Positions 1-10,606 of a DNA stretch of 64,000 nt are shown piece after piece (the first letter of the stretch is position 1; every line of letters starts with the position of its first letter). This DNA comes from Malacoraja senta. Its lineage: Eukaryota. A program made the position numbers and the translations under genes. The notes under the pieces are model-generated. The model searched no databases and had not been told where the DNA came from. It worked only from the letters and a program-made list of their open reading frames with translations. Location of the stretch: positions 310,001 through 374,000 of the forward strand of contig JAXLNO010000350.1 in NCBI GenBank assembly GCA_038087875.1. Reading direction: 5' to 3'.

Positions 1-679
1 CAGCAGACAGCTTCTTAAGCAACAAGAGATGGATCAATGGACTGGAACTTCTCTGTAAGCCAGACAGAGAATGGCCATAATTTGAGCTGGCATTTGAAAT
101 CTCTGCTAATGATCCGGAAATTAAACAAAACATTACAGTGAACGTTATTGCTAAAAATCCTATTATTCTCTCGAAGGATTTTCACATTCCAACATTATCG
201 TTACAACATATCCATGAATTGATCGGACATGGAAGAAGAAGTTTCATGCTGACAAAACTTTGGACTTTTGAGTTTTAGACTAGATACTGGAGATCATGCC
301 TGCTGACGTTAAGGGTTTGGTGCGTACAGTACTACTTCAGACTAAGAATAATGTTTTAATAAGACCAATATCCAAGGTATGCTTGCTTCTAGAAGCTGAA
401 AGTGAAGATGGAAGAATCGTTGAAGAAGTCTAAATGCGGATTTATAATTCATGAGATATTTTGTGTTTTATATATGTTAAGCTTTTATAGCTCCTTTTTT
501 TTAATGTCTATTAGTAATTGCCTCGTTGTATACTCAGAACAATTAGGGGTCGGTATGCAGTAGCCATTTAGCTTAACTCAGTATGTTATAACTAGAACCA
601 GTTGCCTTTAAATTTTATCTGCCTGTAATTACATGGGTGGGGTTTATACGTAGTCTGATGCGTGTTTGCGGCTGGGATT
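1..679 (+). mobile_element. BEL/Pao LTR retrotransposon remnant (end of pol, PPT, start of 3' LTR); paralog of 25002-25679
   Basis: Near-identical to 25002-25679 by eye, with the same internal junctions. AATTAGGGGTCGGTA is followed by TG at 556 (TG at 25556 in the other copy). Cut at ~679 by a CR1 tail. Confidence 0.8.
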
Positions 680-1530
680 AAAAACATAGAAACATAGAAA
701 CATAGAAAATAGGTGCAGGAGGAGGCCATTCGGCCCTTCGGCCCTTCGAGCCAGCATCTCTATTCATTGTGATAATGGCTGATCGTCCCCAATCAATAAC
801 CCGTGCCTGCCTTCTCCACATATCCCTTTATTCCACTAGCTCCGAGAGCTCTATCTAACTCTCTCTTAAATCCATCCAGTGATTTGGCCTCCACTACCAT
901 CTGTGGCAGGGAATACCACAAATTCACAACTCTCTGGGTGAAAACGTTTTTTCTCGCCTCAGTCTTAAATGGCCTCCCCTTTATTCTAAGAATGTGCCCC
1001 CTGGTTCTGGACTCGCCCAACATTGGGAACTTTTTTCCTGCATCTAGCTTGTCCAGTCCTTTTATAATTTTATATGTTTCTATAAGATACCCCCTCATCC
1101 TTCTAAACTCCAGTGAATACAAGCCTAGTCTTTTCAATCTTTCCTCATATGACAGTCCCGCCATCCCAGGGATCAATCTCGTGAACCTACGCTGCAATGC
1201 CTCAATCACAAGGATATCCTTCCTGTAATTAGGAGACCAAAACTATACACAATACTCCAGATGTGGTCTTACCAGAGCCCTTTACAACTGCAGAAGAACC
1301 TCTCTACACCTATACTGAAATCCTCTTGTTATGAAGGCCAACATTCCATTAGCTTTCTTCACTGCCTGCTGTACCTGCACGCCAACTTTCAGTGACTGGT
1401 GTACAAGGACACCATGGTCTCACTGCATCTTCCCCTTACCTAACCTAATCCTATTGAGATAATAATCTGCTCCCTTGTTTTTGCCGCCAAAGTGGATAAC
1501 CTCACATTTATCTATCTTATACTGCATCTG
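680..1530 (-). mobile_element. 5'-truncated CR1-type LINE (RT C-terminus + 3'UTR)
   Basis: ORF 793-1209 reads [19 protein letters not shown]...GYVEKAGTGY. The (TTTCTATG)n tail appears as AAACATAG repeats at 682-710. Confidence 0.9.
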
Positions 1531-1532
1531 TA

Positions 1533-1764
1533 TACAGTAGACAATAGGTGCTGGAGTAGGCCATTCGACCCAGCACCACAATTCACTGTGATCATGGCTG
1601 ATCATCCACAATTAGTACCCCGTTCCTGCCTTCTCCACATATCCCATGACTCCGCTATCTTTAAGAGCTCTATCTAACTCTCTCTTGGAAGCATCCAGAA
1701 AATCGGCCTCCACTGCTTTGAGGCAGAGAATTCCTCAGATTCACAACTCTCTGGGTAAAAAAAG
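1533..1764 (-). mobile_element. Short CR1 3' fragment
   Basis: Same 3'UTR motif set (ATAGGTGCTGGAGTAGGCCATTCG...GATCATGGCTGATC); closely resembles the copy starting at 26091. Confidence 0.85.
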
Positions 1765-1769
1765 GCGAT

Positions 1770-2044
1770 TAACTAAAACTATCTACGACTACCCATAACT
1801 ACATGGCCACCCCACTACAATTGCACCTACGACTACAGGATTATTGATTTTCTCCATGGCGACCAATTTTTGGGCGCAGATGATTTATCAACATGTTGAA
1901 AAAATTGCGGCGACCATACTGAGGCCGCGACTCGCTCCCAGAATGCGGGAACTCGCGGCCATGAAGGAGACCAACAGCGATCATGTGGCGAGCGCAGAGT
2001 CTCCTGCACGCGCCTAAAAAGTCGCCTAAGTGGGACAGTCCCTT
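1770..2044. mobile_element. Non-autonomous DNA transposon end (PIF/Harbinger-like MITE)
   Basis: Ends in GTCGCCTAAGTGGGACAGTCCCTT, the near reverse complement of AAGGGCCTGTCCCACTTACGCGAC at 17969. Both carry internal TCAACATGTTGAAAA. The superfamily assignment is inference. Confidence 0.55.
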
Positions 2045-2280
2045 GAAAACTGGGTGCAACCAGCTATGAAGACTTACCTTGAAGTTTGGGAGTGGCAGGC
2101 GTTCAATCCAAATTCAATTCGCAAATTGGTTAAGTGACAAATTGGGCAATTTATCAGCCAATATAAGCAAGGCTTGCCGTCGGGAAGCAGCGAGCTCCTT
2201 GTGAAAAAATGCGAGTCTTTGGCTCAAAAAGTACGAGTCTTTGGCTCAAGAGTCTTCGGCGAGGAGGCTGAGGAGAGGAG

Positions 2281-2310
2281 ACTAGACCTAGTGGGACCCG
2301 TTGGGTCCTG
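2281..2310 (-). mobile_element. Helitron-like 3' terminus (hairpin + CTAG)
   Basis: Minus strand reads GGACCC-AAC-GGGTCC hairpin, 8 nt, then CTAG followed by T. A degenerate second copy lies at ~2846-2875. Confidence 0.5.
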
Positions 2311-2540
2311 TCCCCAACGCGTGGGGAGGGGGGGATGTGGCGTCACACTGTAGGATGGAGGGAGGGGCAGTGAGGAGAGCACAGCGCTTTGGGAGGGAGG
2401 GAGGGGCGGTGAGGAGGATGGGAGAGGGAGATGGGGGGAGAGGGAGTTGGGTAGAGAGGGAGGGGGATGACGGAGAGTAAGGGGGAAGTGGGAGAAAAGA
2501 AAGTGGGTTGAGGGGGAGAAAGACGGGGAGAAAAGAGAGA

Positions 2541-2800
2541 TTGGGTTGAGTTGGGTTGGGTTGGATTAAGCTGGGTTGAGTTGGGTTGGCTTGGATTGAG
2601 CTGGGTTGGGTTGCATTAGGTTGGGTTGAGTTGGGCTGAGTTGAGTTGGCTTGGGTTTAGCTGGGTTGGGTTGGGTTGAGCGGAGCTGGGTTGGGTTGAT
2701 TTGAATTGGGTTGAGTAGGGTTGGGTTGAGTTTGTTTGGGTTGGGTTGAGTTTGTTTGGGTTGGGTTGATTTGTGTTGGGCTGAGTTGGGTTGGCTTGAG
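2541..2800. repeat. (GGGTT/GAGTT)n pentanucleotide tandem repeat
   Basis: Direct reading; about 50 imperfect 5-mers. Confidence 0.95.
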
Positions 2801-2907
2801 TCTGTGGAATTCTCTGCCAACAGACAAGATGAGAGATTTAGAGGTATAAGACCAAGTGCAGACCCGTTGGGTCCCAGTCACACGGGAGGCCTGGTCTCCC
2901 AACACAA

Positions 2908-2970
2908 CCCGTTCCCCAATGCAATATTCCACCACTCACCCGTTCCCCCAATGCAATATTCCACCACTCA
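2908..2970. repeat. Two-copy ~31-bp tandem repeat
   Basis: CCCGTTCCCC(C)AATGCAATATTCCACCACTCA occurs twice. Confidence 0.9.
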
Positions 2971-3012
2971 CTCATAACCCCTAACAGCGTAGGAACGACT
3001 CATTTCCCATCA

Positions 3013-3490
3013 TGTGTGGGGGTGGGGGGGGGAAGTGGTGGGGGTGGGAGGAGAGGAGGGGTGTGTGTGGACGGGGAGGTGTAGGAGGGAGGAGGATGGT
3101 GTAGGGGGGGTGTGTATGTAGGCGGCAAGGGGGAGGAGGGATGTGGGAAGGGTGTGTGTTCGGAAGGGTGTGGGCGGAGGGGTTAAGGGGGGATGGGTGT
3201 GAGCTGGGGGTATGGATGTGTGGGGGCAGGGGGGGTTGTGAGGTGGAGAGGGGTTGTGGGTGGGCTGTGGGCAAGGGGTTGTAGTTGCGGGGGGATTGTG
3301 GGGCTTGGAGGGTTTGTGGGGGAGGGGGGATTGTGGGGGTGGGGGGGGGGGCTTTGTGTGGAGGGATAGGGGTGTGGGCAGGGTGGGGGATGTTTGTGGG
3401 GGGAGAGGGGTATGTGGGCAGGGGGAGTGAGCTCGGAGAAAGGACGGGGAAGACCCATGGGGGAGAGGGGCATCACGGGGGGGGGGAGGA
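3013..3490. repeat. G-rich low-complexity tract
   Basis: Dense runs of G with GT/GA spacers; explains the Pro/His-rich spurious ORFs. Confidence 0.9.
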
Positions 3491-3791
3491 GCCAGTGAGG
3501 GGGACCAGAGGCGAGTGCGATGGGGACTCACAGCGGGCGCTGTTCGTTCTCCTCTGCTGGGATCAGAGTCTCCGCTTTCCATTTGGTGACACCGGCAACA
3601 TCTCCGACTCCGTGCTCGACCGCGAGGCCCAATCTAACCGGGAGATGGCCGTCGTGGTCAAGTTGACCAAATGTTAACTAATCTTTGATTTCTCTCCCTC
3701 CCTCGCTCCAGCCATCCTTCAAAGAGTAACGGGGAGATTGGAGGGAGGGAGTGACGGGGGGGGGGAGGGGGCGGGTGGAGAGAGGGGAGAC

Positions 3792-3866
3792 TTCCCCCGC
3801 AAACTCCATGGCCTGCAGGAGGCCCAGCAGAGGCAGGCCCAGCTGGTGCAGAGGCTGCAGGCCAAG
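3792..3866 (+). pseudogene. Isolated Rootletin/CEP250-family exon fragment
   Basis: Translates FPRKLHGLQEAQQRQAQLVQRLQAK then AAG|GT. It resembles the N-terminal Rootletin motif R-K-L-x3-Q-E-x-QQRQAQLVQRLQ-x-K (recalled, not searched). Confidence 0.6.
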
Positions 3867-4807
3867 GTTGGCCCAGGATGCAGGCTGCTCGAGGCCCACG
3901 TCGGGAGAGGAGAAAGGGGGAGAGAGGGTTAACGTTGAAGTTTATTATCGTCACGTGTATCGAGGTACTGTGAAAAGCTTTGTTCTGCATGCAAACAGAT
4001 TAGATAATACAGTAGATAAACTGACCCCCTCCCCTCCGGCCCCTACACCCCCTCTCCCTGTCTCTGTGAGAGGGTTAATGTTCACACTCCTACACCACCC
4101 CTTATGAGGGGGGGGAGTGGGGGAACCATTTTTGAAGCCTTGTATATAATAATGAATTCAATAGTTTAAATTGCATTGCCGTCTCAAGGGGGGGTGCGTT
4201 GGGTGCGACCGCACCCCACTTCCCCCCCCCCCCCCCCCCCCCAGAGTAAGAAAAAATCCCCAGAATTATTATTTTTTTAATCGGAGCGTAATCAGCCTTT
4301 CCACTTTGTCAGAAATCTCTCAAAATTCTGGTTCCGTCCGCTGGATGATTCAGAAAAAATGCGCCCATTCGCGCCTGCACAGTTGGGGAAGCGACACGAA
4401 ATGACACCGTCTCTCCACGCGTGCGCAGTGGGCCCGGGTGGGATCAGACTGCCATTTGTGCTTCACACATTGACCTCGATGCCTCGTGCTGCTCCAGGTA
4501 CGTAGTGGAATATTGCGTTGCAGGAGGGGGAGTCTGAGGGAGTCTAATCCGGCCCGCGGGATGATTTAGTAACCCATTTCTCCGGGTCCGAGGGAGGGGG
4601 GGAGGGTGCGGTGCGGTGTCTGCCCGCCCGCCCGGTCCAACGTTTCTATCCGCGGCGTCGGAGCCTCGCCGACGACCAGCCAGGCGACCAGGAGACCGTC
4701 CTACCGTCTCCGGGCGGGAGTGGTTGCAACCCCAACACCAGACGCTGCTGCGGCGTGGCCTGCTGCCCTCGCCTCCCTCCGCCGCCGGGGCCCAAGCCAT
4801 CTTCCGC

Positions 4808-4939
4808 CCACGCCACCCCCGCTGGGTCCACGCCACCCCCGCTGGGCCCACGCCACCCCCGCTAGGTCCACGCCACCCCCGCTGGGCCCACGCCACCCCC
4901 GCTGACCCACGCCACCGCCGCTGGGTCCACGCCACCTCC
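4808..4939. repeat. 20-bp GC-rich minisatellite (~6.5 copies)
   Basis: Unit CCACGCCACCCCCGCTGGG(T/C), with largely alternating T/C variants. Confidence 0.95.
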
Positions 4940-5384
4940 ATCCCCCCCACCCCACTGTTCCTGCAGCACCTTCATCTTCGCCCCCCCCGCCAGAAAGAGG
5001 GGGGATGTGAGAGGGGGGAGGGGGAGGGAGAGATGGGGAGGGGAGAGGGAAAGGGGGAATATCTTTAATGAGATTGTAAAATTGAGGTAGGTTTTAGAGC
5101 TATTATATTTTGTCCTCGTGAGTAATATCAAATAATATGAAACAATTGGAACTGCTTTCTTTGCCTTGATAACAATACCGAAAAATATGAATTCCAAAGT
5201 TTGTGACTCTTTTTGCAGCATATTTTTTAATATAATTTGAATATTACAAAAATCTGCATGTTTTCAGGGTCATCATGGATCTGTCCGCAGTAATGCAGCA
5301 AATCCGTTGATGATGTTGCTGCTGAGGATGGGGCAGATATGCGTCAAGCCGATAGCCTAATCGTTAAAGAGTTAAAAGATAGCC

Positions 5385-6450
5385 TAATCGATAAAGAGCT
5401 GAGAAGAGGAATCAGAGCTGCGAAGGAAAGGTACTCTGAGAAGTTGAGGATCAAGTTCTCAGCTTGTGACTTCTTCAGTTTGGAAGGGCATGCAAGAAAT
5501 CACCAGCTATAAGAGGAAATTCCCCCGCTCTTTGGACAATCGTCAGCTGACGAATGACCTGAATGAGTTTTACTGCAGGTTTGAAAATCAGAAACGTACC
5601 CTGGTACCCCCTCTCCAACAAACACAGCCAGACCCTAGTCTGCAAAGCATGGACCCTGCACCCTCTCCTTCCCATTTACCACTTCATACCTACTTAAGGC
5701 AAGACTCCAGTATGAAAAGAGTGGACCATCTCCCACCCTAACCAACACTTCACACCCACTCCGAGCCTGACCTCAGTCTGCAAAGACTGGGCCCTTCTAC
5801 ACCCACCCCCCTGCAATCACCACTTCACACCCAATGACTCATTTTTAACCAGTCCCTGCAAAGATGTACTGTCCCTGCCTGCTTCAAAGTCTCCACTATT
5901 GTCCCTGTACCCAAAAAGGCAAGGATTACTGGTCTTAATGACTACAGACTTGTTGCACTGACCTCTGCAGTCATGAAGACCGTTGAAAGGCTTGTGCTGG
6001 CCAAGCTGAAAAATATCACAATCCCCCTGCTGGACCCTCTGCATTTTGCATATTGGGCCAATAGATCTGTGGATGACGCAGTCAATCTGGGCCCGCACTT
6101 CATCCTCCAGCATCTAGACCGCCAGGGGACCTATGCGAGGATTTTGTTTGTTGATTTTAGCTCTGCATTCAACACCATTGTGCCAGAGCTACTACGCTCC
6201 AAACTTTCTGAGTTGACTGTGCCTGAACCCCTCTGTCGGTGGATCACCAGCTTTCTGACAGACAGGAAGCAGCATGTGAGGCGGGAAAGCATATCTCGGA
6301 CCCGCAAAACGCTCAGCATAGGAGCACCGCAAGATGTGTACTCTCCCCTCTCTACTCTCGCCACACCAATGACTGCACCTCCACAGACACCTCTGTCAAG
6401 CTTCTCAAGTTTGCGGATGACAACTCTGATTGGACTGATCCAGGATGGGG
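5385..6450 (+). mobile_element. Decayed Rex1/Babar-type LINE RT region
   Basis: [38 protein letters not shown]...[25 protein letters not shown] and KFADD motifs, with frameshifts. Confidence 0.85.
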
Positions 6451-6454
6451 ATCT

Positions 6455-6662
6455 CGGTACTCTTTTCAGTTTGACATATTTCCTATAACATGGTGCCCAG
6501 AACTGAACACAATATTCTAAATGCGGTCTCACCAACGTCTTATACAACTGCAACATGACCTCCCAACTTCTATACTTAATACTCTGACTGAGGAAGGCCA
6601 AAGTGCCAAAATACTTTTTGACCACCTGATATACCTGCGACTCGACCTTCAAGGAACCATGC
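6455..6662 (-). mobile_element. CR1 internal fragment
   Basis: [21 protein letters not shown] in ORF 6131-6664. Confidence 0.8.
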
Positions 6663-6837
6663 AACCATCAACCATTCCTCTGCCCACCTGGCTAATTGAT
6701 CCAGATCCTGCTGCAATCTTTCACAACCATCTTCACTATTTGCAAATCCACTCACTTCTGTATCATCAGCAAACTTGCTAATCTTGCCCTGTTCTGTGAC
6801 GTTTCACAGAGTGCTGGAGTAACTCAGCGGGTCAGGC

Positions 6838-7406
6838 TGAGTATAGAAGTTGGGAGGTCATGTTGCAGTTGCATAAGAAGTTGGTGAGGCCGCATTCAGA
6901 GTATTGTATTCAGTTCTGGGCACCATGTTATAGGAAAGATGTCATCAAACTAGAAAGGGTACAGTGAAGATTTACGAGGATGTTGCAGGACTAGAGGGCC
7001 AGAGCTAGAGGGAGAGGTTGAGTAGGCTGGGACACTATTTCATGGAGCACAGGAGGATGAGGGATGATCTAATAGAGGTGTATAAAATCATGATTTGAAT
7101 AGATATGGTTGAGTCTTTTGCCCAGAGTAGGTGAATCGAGGAGCAGAGGACATAAGTTTAAGGTGAAGGGCAAAAGATTTAATAGGAATCTGAGGGGTAT
7201 ATTTTTCACACAAAGGATGGTCGGTATATGGAACAAGCTGCCAGAGGAAGTAGTTGATGCAGGGACTATCGCAAAATGTAAGAAACTGTTAGACAGGTAC
7301 ATGGACAGGACAGGTTCGGAGGGATATGGATCAAACGTGGGCAGGTGGGACTAGTGTAGATGGGACATGCTGGGCCGAAGGGCCTGTTTCCACACTGTAT
7401 CACTCT
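6838..7406 (+). mobile_element. CR1 3' fragment; tail subfamily matching the satellite monomer
   Basis: ORF 7109-7354 ends ...GYGSNVGRWD*. It is followed by TGTAGATGGGACATG...GGGCCGAAGGGCCTGTTTCCACACTGTATCACTCT. Confidence 0.9.
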
Positions 7407-7409
7407 TAT

Positions 7410-7685
7410 CTATCTTTCCCTCTGAAACCCATTCTCCTACCTTCTCCCCATTACCTCTGACACCCGTATCAATCAAGAATCTATCAATCTCCTCCTGAAA
7501 AATGTCCATTGACTTGACCTCCACAGCTGTCTGTGGCAATGAATTCTACAGTTCACCACCCTCTGACTTAAGACATTCCTGCTCATCTCCTTCCTAAAGG
7601 AATGTCTTTTAATTCTGAGGCTGTGGCCACTGGTCCTAGACTCTCCCACTAGTGGAAACATCCTCTCCACATCCACTCCATCCAG
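7410..7685 (-). mobile_element. CR1 fragment
   Basis: MDVERMFPLVGESRTSGHSLRIK motif. Confidence 0.85.
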
Positions 7686-7835
7686 TTTTTACCAGGCTGG
7701 AACAGACGGCAACAGCTTCACACCGTGTCCCAAAGCAGCAGAGACGTTATAGGAAAGGGCAAGCACCGTAACAAAGTAGCTCACGATGGTTTGGGTAACA
7801 TTCAGGAATGTCTATGCATGTCACATCATGAATAT

Positions 7836-7930
7836 TACTGAAGAAGGGTCTTGACCCGAAATATAATCTATACCTTTTCTCCAGAGATGCTGCCTGACCC
7901 ACTGAGTTACTCCAGCACTTTGTGTCTATT
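7836..7930 (+). mobile_element. Penelope-type terminal repeat fragment
   Basis: CTGAAGAAGGGTCTTGACCCGAAA...GATGCTGCCTGACCCACTGAGTTACTCCAGCA; similar to the sequence following the GIY-YIG ORF at 9751-9845. Confidence 0.7.
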
Positions 7931-8075
7931 TTCCCTTCACCCATCTGCCCAAGCCCACTCTCCCCCCTCCTTTCCTATGTTCCTTTCCACCCATAAACCT
8001 TTCTCTGCCTTTACATTTCACTCCTCTTTCAAATCTGCTCTACTTATCTACATGCATTTTTCTTCTTAACTTTTC

Positions 8076-8320
8076 AGTCATAGAATGATGCAGTGTGGAA
8101 ACGCCCTTAGGCCCAACTTGCCCACACCGACCAACATGTCCCATGTAAACTAGTCCCACTCACACGCGTTTGGCCCATATCCACCTAAACCTGTCCTATC
8201 CATGTACGTGTCCAAATGTCTCTTAAACAGTAGGATAGTCCCTGCCTTAACTACCTCCTCTGGCAGCTTGTTCCATACATCCACCACCCTTTGTGTGAAA
8301 AAGCTACCTATCAGATTCTT
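8076..8320 (-). mobile_element. CR1 3' fragment; tail subfamily matching the satellite monomer
   Basis: ORF ends ...GYGPNACEWD*. The minus strand continues GGGACATGTTGGTCGGTGTGGGCAAGTTGGGCCTAAGGGCGTTTCCACACTG. Confidence 0.9.
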
Positions 8321-8654
8321 GTTAATTTCTGAAATATTGGTCATATATTTGATGCAAAAATGCTCCAAAATAAGGCTCAGAATGCATCCGAGAGCATCTA
8401 AAACCCCTGAGCTTCCAGGGCCCGATTAAGGGACCACGGCATCGAGGGACTTCATGTTTCGCGCTCGTGATGTGCGCAGCACGCACATTATTTCACATAA
8501 AAAATGTTGTGATCCTGTCATGCCACCCCCCTTTTTGAAAAGCTTCGTACGGGCCTGAATGAAGATGCATTGAGTGAGTTGAATGGAAGGGGGTGGATGA
8601 TATTTGGTTTGCAGCATCTGCTGTTATTGTTTCCCCCCCCTCTCTCCCCTCCCC

Positions 8655-8862
8655 CCTCATCAAGATGGCCGCCGTCTTTCCCCATACCAATCAGCGGTGC
8701 TGACCTCACCAAGATGGCCAGCGTCAACCAATCAGCGGCGCCGACCTCACCAAGATGGCCGCCCCAGGTCCCGCCTTCCCATCGACCGCATCAAGATGGC
8801 GGCGGAGAAGCGTCAGTTGGTGTCGTCGCTGCTGAGCGGCGGCCTAAGGTAAATAATGTTAT
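8655..8862 (+). promoter_or_regulatory. CpG-rich promoter/first exon, copy 1 (4 YY1-like motifs, 2 CCAAT boxes, splice donor)
   Basis: CAAGATGGC at 8661, 8710, 8751 and 8792; CCAATCAGCGG at 8687 and 8728; donor AAG|GTAAAT at 8849. Confidence 0.65.
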
Positions 8863-9062
8863 NNNNNNNNNNNNNNNNNNNNNNNNNNNNNNNNNNNNNN
8901 NNNNNNNNNNNNNNNNNNNNNNNNNNNNNNNNNNNNNNNNNNNNNNNNNNNNNNNNNNNNNNNNNNNNNNNNNNNNNNNNNNNNNNNNNNNNNNNNNNNN
9001 NNNNNNNNNNNNNNNNNNNNNNNNNNNNNNNNNNNNNNNNNNNNNNNNNNNNNNNNNNNNNN
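8863..9062. other. Assembly gap (200 N)
   Basis: Run of n. Confidence 1.
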
Positions 9063-9845
9063 TCCTCACCTTTCACCCCACTAGCCGTCACATACAACAA
9101 AAAGTCCTCCGTCAGTTTCGCTACCTCCAACGTGACCCCACCATTCGCCATATCTTCCCATCCGCTCTCCTGTCTGTTTCCGCAGTGACCGTTCCCTCCG
9201 TAACTCCCTGGTCAATTCTTCCCTTCCCTCCCGCACCATCCCCTCCCCAGGCACTTTCCCTTGCAACCGCAAGAGATGCTACACTTGTCCCTTTACCTCC
9301 CCCCTCGACTCCATTCAAGGACCCAAGCAGTCGTTGCAGGTGCGACAGAGGTTCACGAGCGTCTCCTCCAACCTCATCTATTGCATCCGCTGCTCGACGT
9401 GTCAGCTGATCTACATTGGTGGCACCAAGCGTAGGCTTGGCGATCGTTTCGCCGAACAACTCTGCACGGTCCGCATTAACCAACCTGATCTCCCGGTGGC
9501 TCAGCACTTCAACTCCCCCTCCCATTCCGACCTTTCTGCCCTGGGCCTCCTCCATGGCCCGAGTGAGGCCCACCGGAAATTGGAGGAGCAGCACCTCATA
9601 TTTCGCTTGGGCAGTTTACACCCTTGTGGTATGAACATTGACTTCTCAAAATTTCAGGTAGTCCCTGCTTTCTCCCTCCCCTTCTCAGCTCTCATTCATC
9701 CCTTTGGCTCCTCCTCTTCCCCCATCCCCAACCCACACCCCCACATCAGTCTGAAGAAGGGTTTCGGCTCGAAACGTTGCCTATTTCCTTTGCTCCATAG
9801 ATGCTGCCTCACCCGCTGAGTTTCTCCAGCATTTTTGTCTACCTT
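9063..9845 (+). mobile_element. Penelope-like element 3' part (GIY-YIG endonuclease remnant + terminal repeat)
   Basis: LTFHP...LQRDP, PCNRKRCYTCP, NLIYCIRCSTCQLIYIGGTKRRLGDRFAE, VAQHFN and GMNIDF. Confidence 0.9.
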
Positions 9846-10062
9846 GACCAAGATGGCCGCCGGCAACCAGCGCAACTGACGGCCACCCATTACCAAGATG
9901 GCCGCAGTCAACCCCTCACCAATCAGCGGCGCCGACCTCACCTGCCCTCACCAAGATGGCCGCCCGGGCCCCGCCTCCCCATCGACCGCATCAAGATGGC
10001 GGCGGAGAAGCGTCAGTTGGTGTCGTCGCTGCTGAGCGGCGGCCTAAGGTAAATAATGTTAT
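9846..10062 (+). promoter_or_regulatory. CpG-rich promoter/first exon, copy 2; candidate 5' exon of the ZNF gene
   Basis: CAAGATGGC at 9849, 9894, 9952 and 9992; CCAAT at 9919; donor AAG|GTAAAT at 10049. Confidence 0.65.
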
Positions 10063-10606
10063 AAATCAGCCGGGGATTGAGCGGGATCGGGTCAATATGG
10101 GGGAGAAGTGAGGTAAATCACCACATAAAGTAACTACACTAACGTGTATCTATCTATCTATCTGTGGGGATACACAACTGGGGTCAAACTGGTTCTAAAC
10201 CAGCCTCCCCCTCTTATTCACTGAGGGAAATAACCTTATAAATACATCAATAAATACATCAATAAATACATCAGCAGCGGAATAAATAAATAAATAAATA
10301 AATAAACCCGGTAAATGTAGGGGAGAGAGAGAGAGAGAGAGAGAGAGCTGAGGTAAATCACCACATAAATAAACTACACATCTGGGGCAAAACTGGGCTC
10401 AATTATATCAACTCACCGTCTGGAGCAGCGTCCTGAGATAAAACACCTTATAAACATCTATCTCCCTCTCTTTGGCTCCCCCCCCCCTCTCTGTAAATAA
10501 TCAATAAATCACCAAACTACACGTCTGGGGGAATAAACCCGGTAAATCTGGTGGAGACCTGAGGTCACTAATGTTATAAACCCACAGGGGAGTGAAATAA
10601 ATCAGC

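Noticed and set aside
2045..2280. Possible CR1 5'UTR fragment with duplicated CGAGTCTTTGGCTCAA
   Set aside because: Only a recollected resemblance; no adjacent ORF1 to confirm.
2541..2800. Telomeric repeat
   Set aside because: The unit is pentameric GGGTT/GAGTT, not TTAGGG.
2566..5068. Pro/Gly/Gln-rich ORFs
   Set aside because: They derive from microsatellite, G-rich and 20-bp minisatellite sequence. Only 3792-3866 (and possibly 3532-3582) looks exon-like.
4174..8557. One large hAT-like element bounded by CATTGCCGTCTCAAG and CTTCGTACGGGCCTG
   Set aside because: The putative TIRs match at only 9/15 and the flanking 8-mers differ. Each end may be a hAT-like remnant, but pairing is unsupported.
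8570..9409. 279-aa ORF and others spanning the gap
   Set aside because: Open only because N codons contain no stops.
10063..10606. AT-rich segment with repeated GAGGTAAATCACCACATAAA, (TAAA)n and (GA)n
   Set aside because: Consistent with local slippage duplications in intronic DNA; no function supportable.
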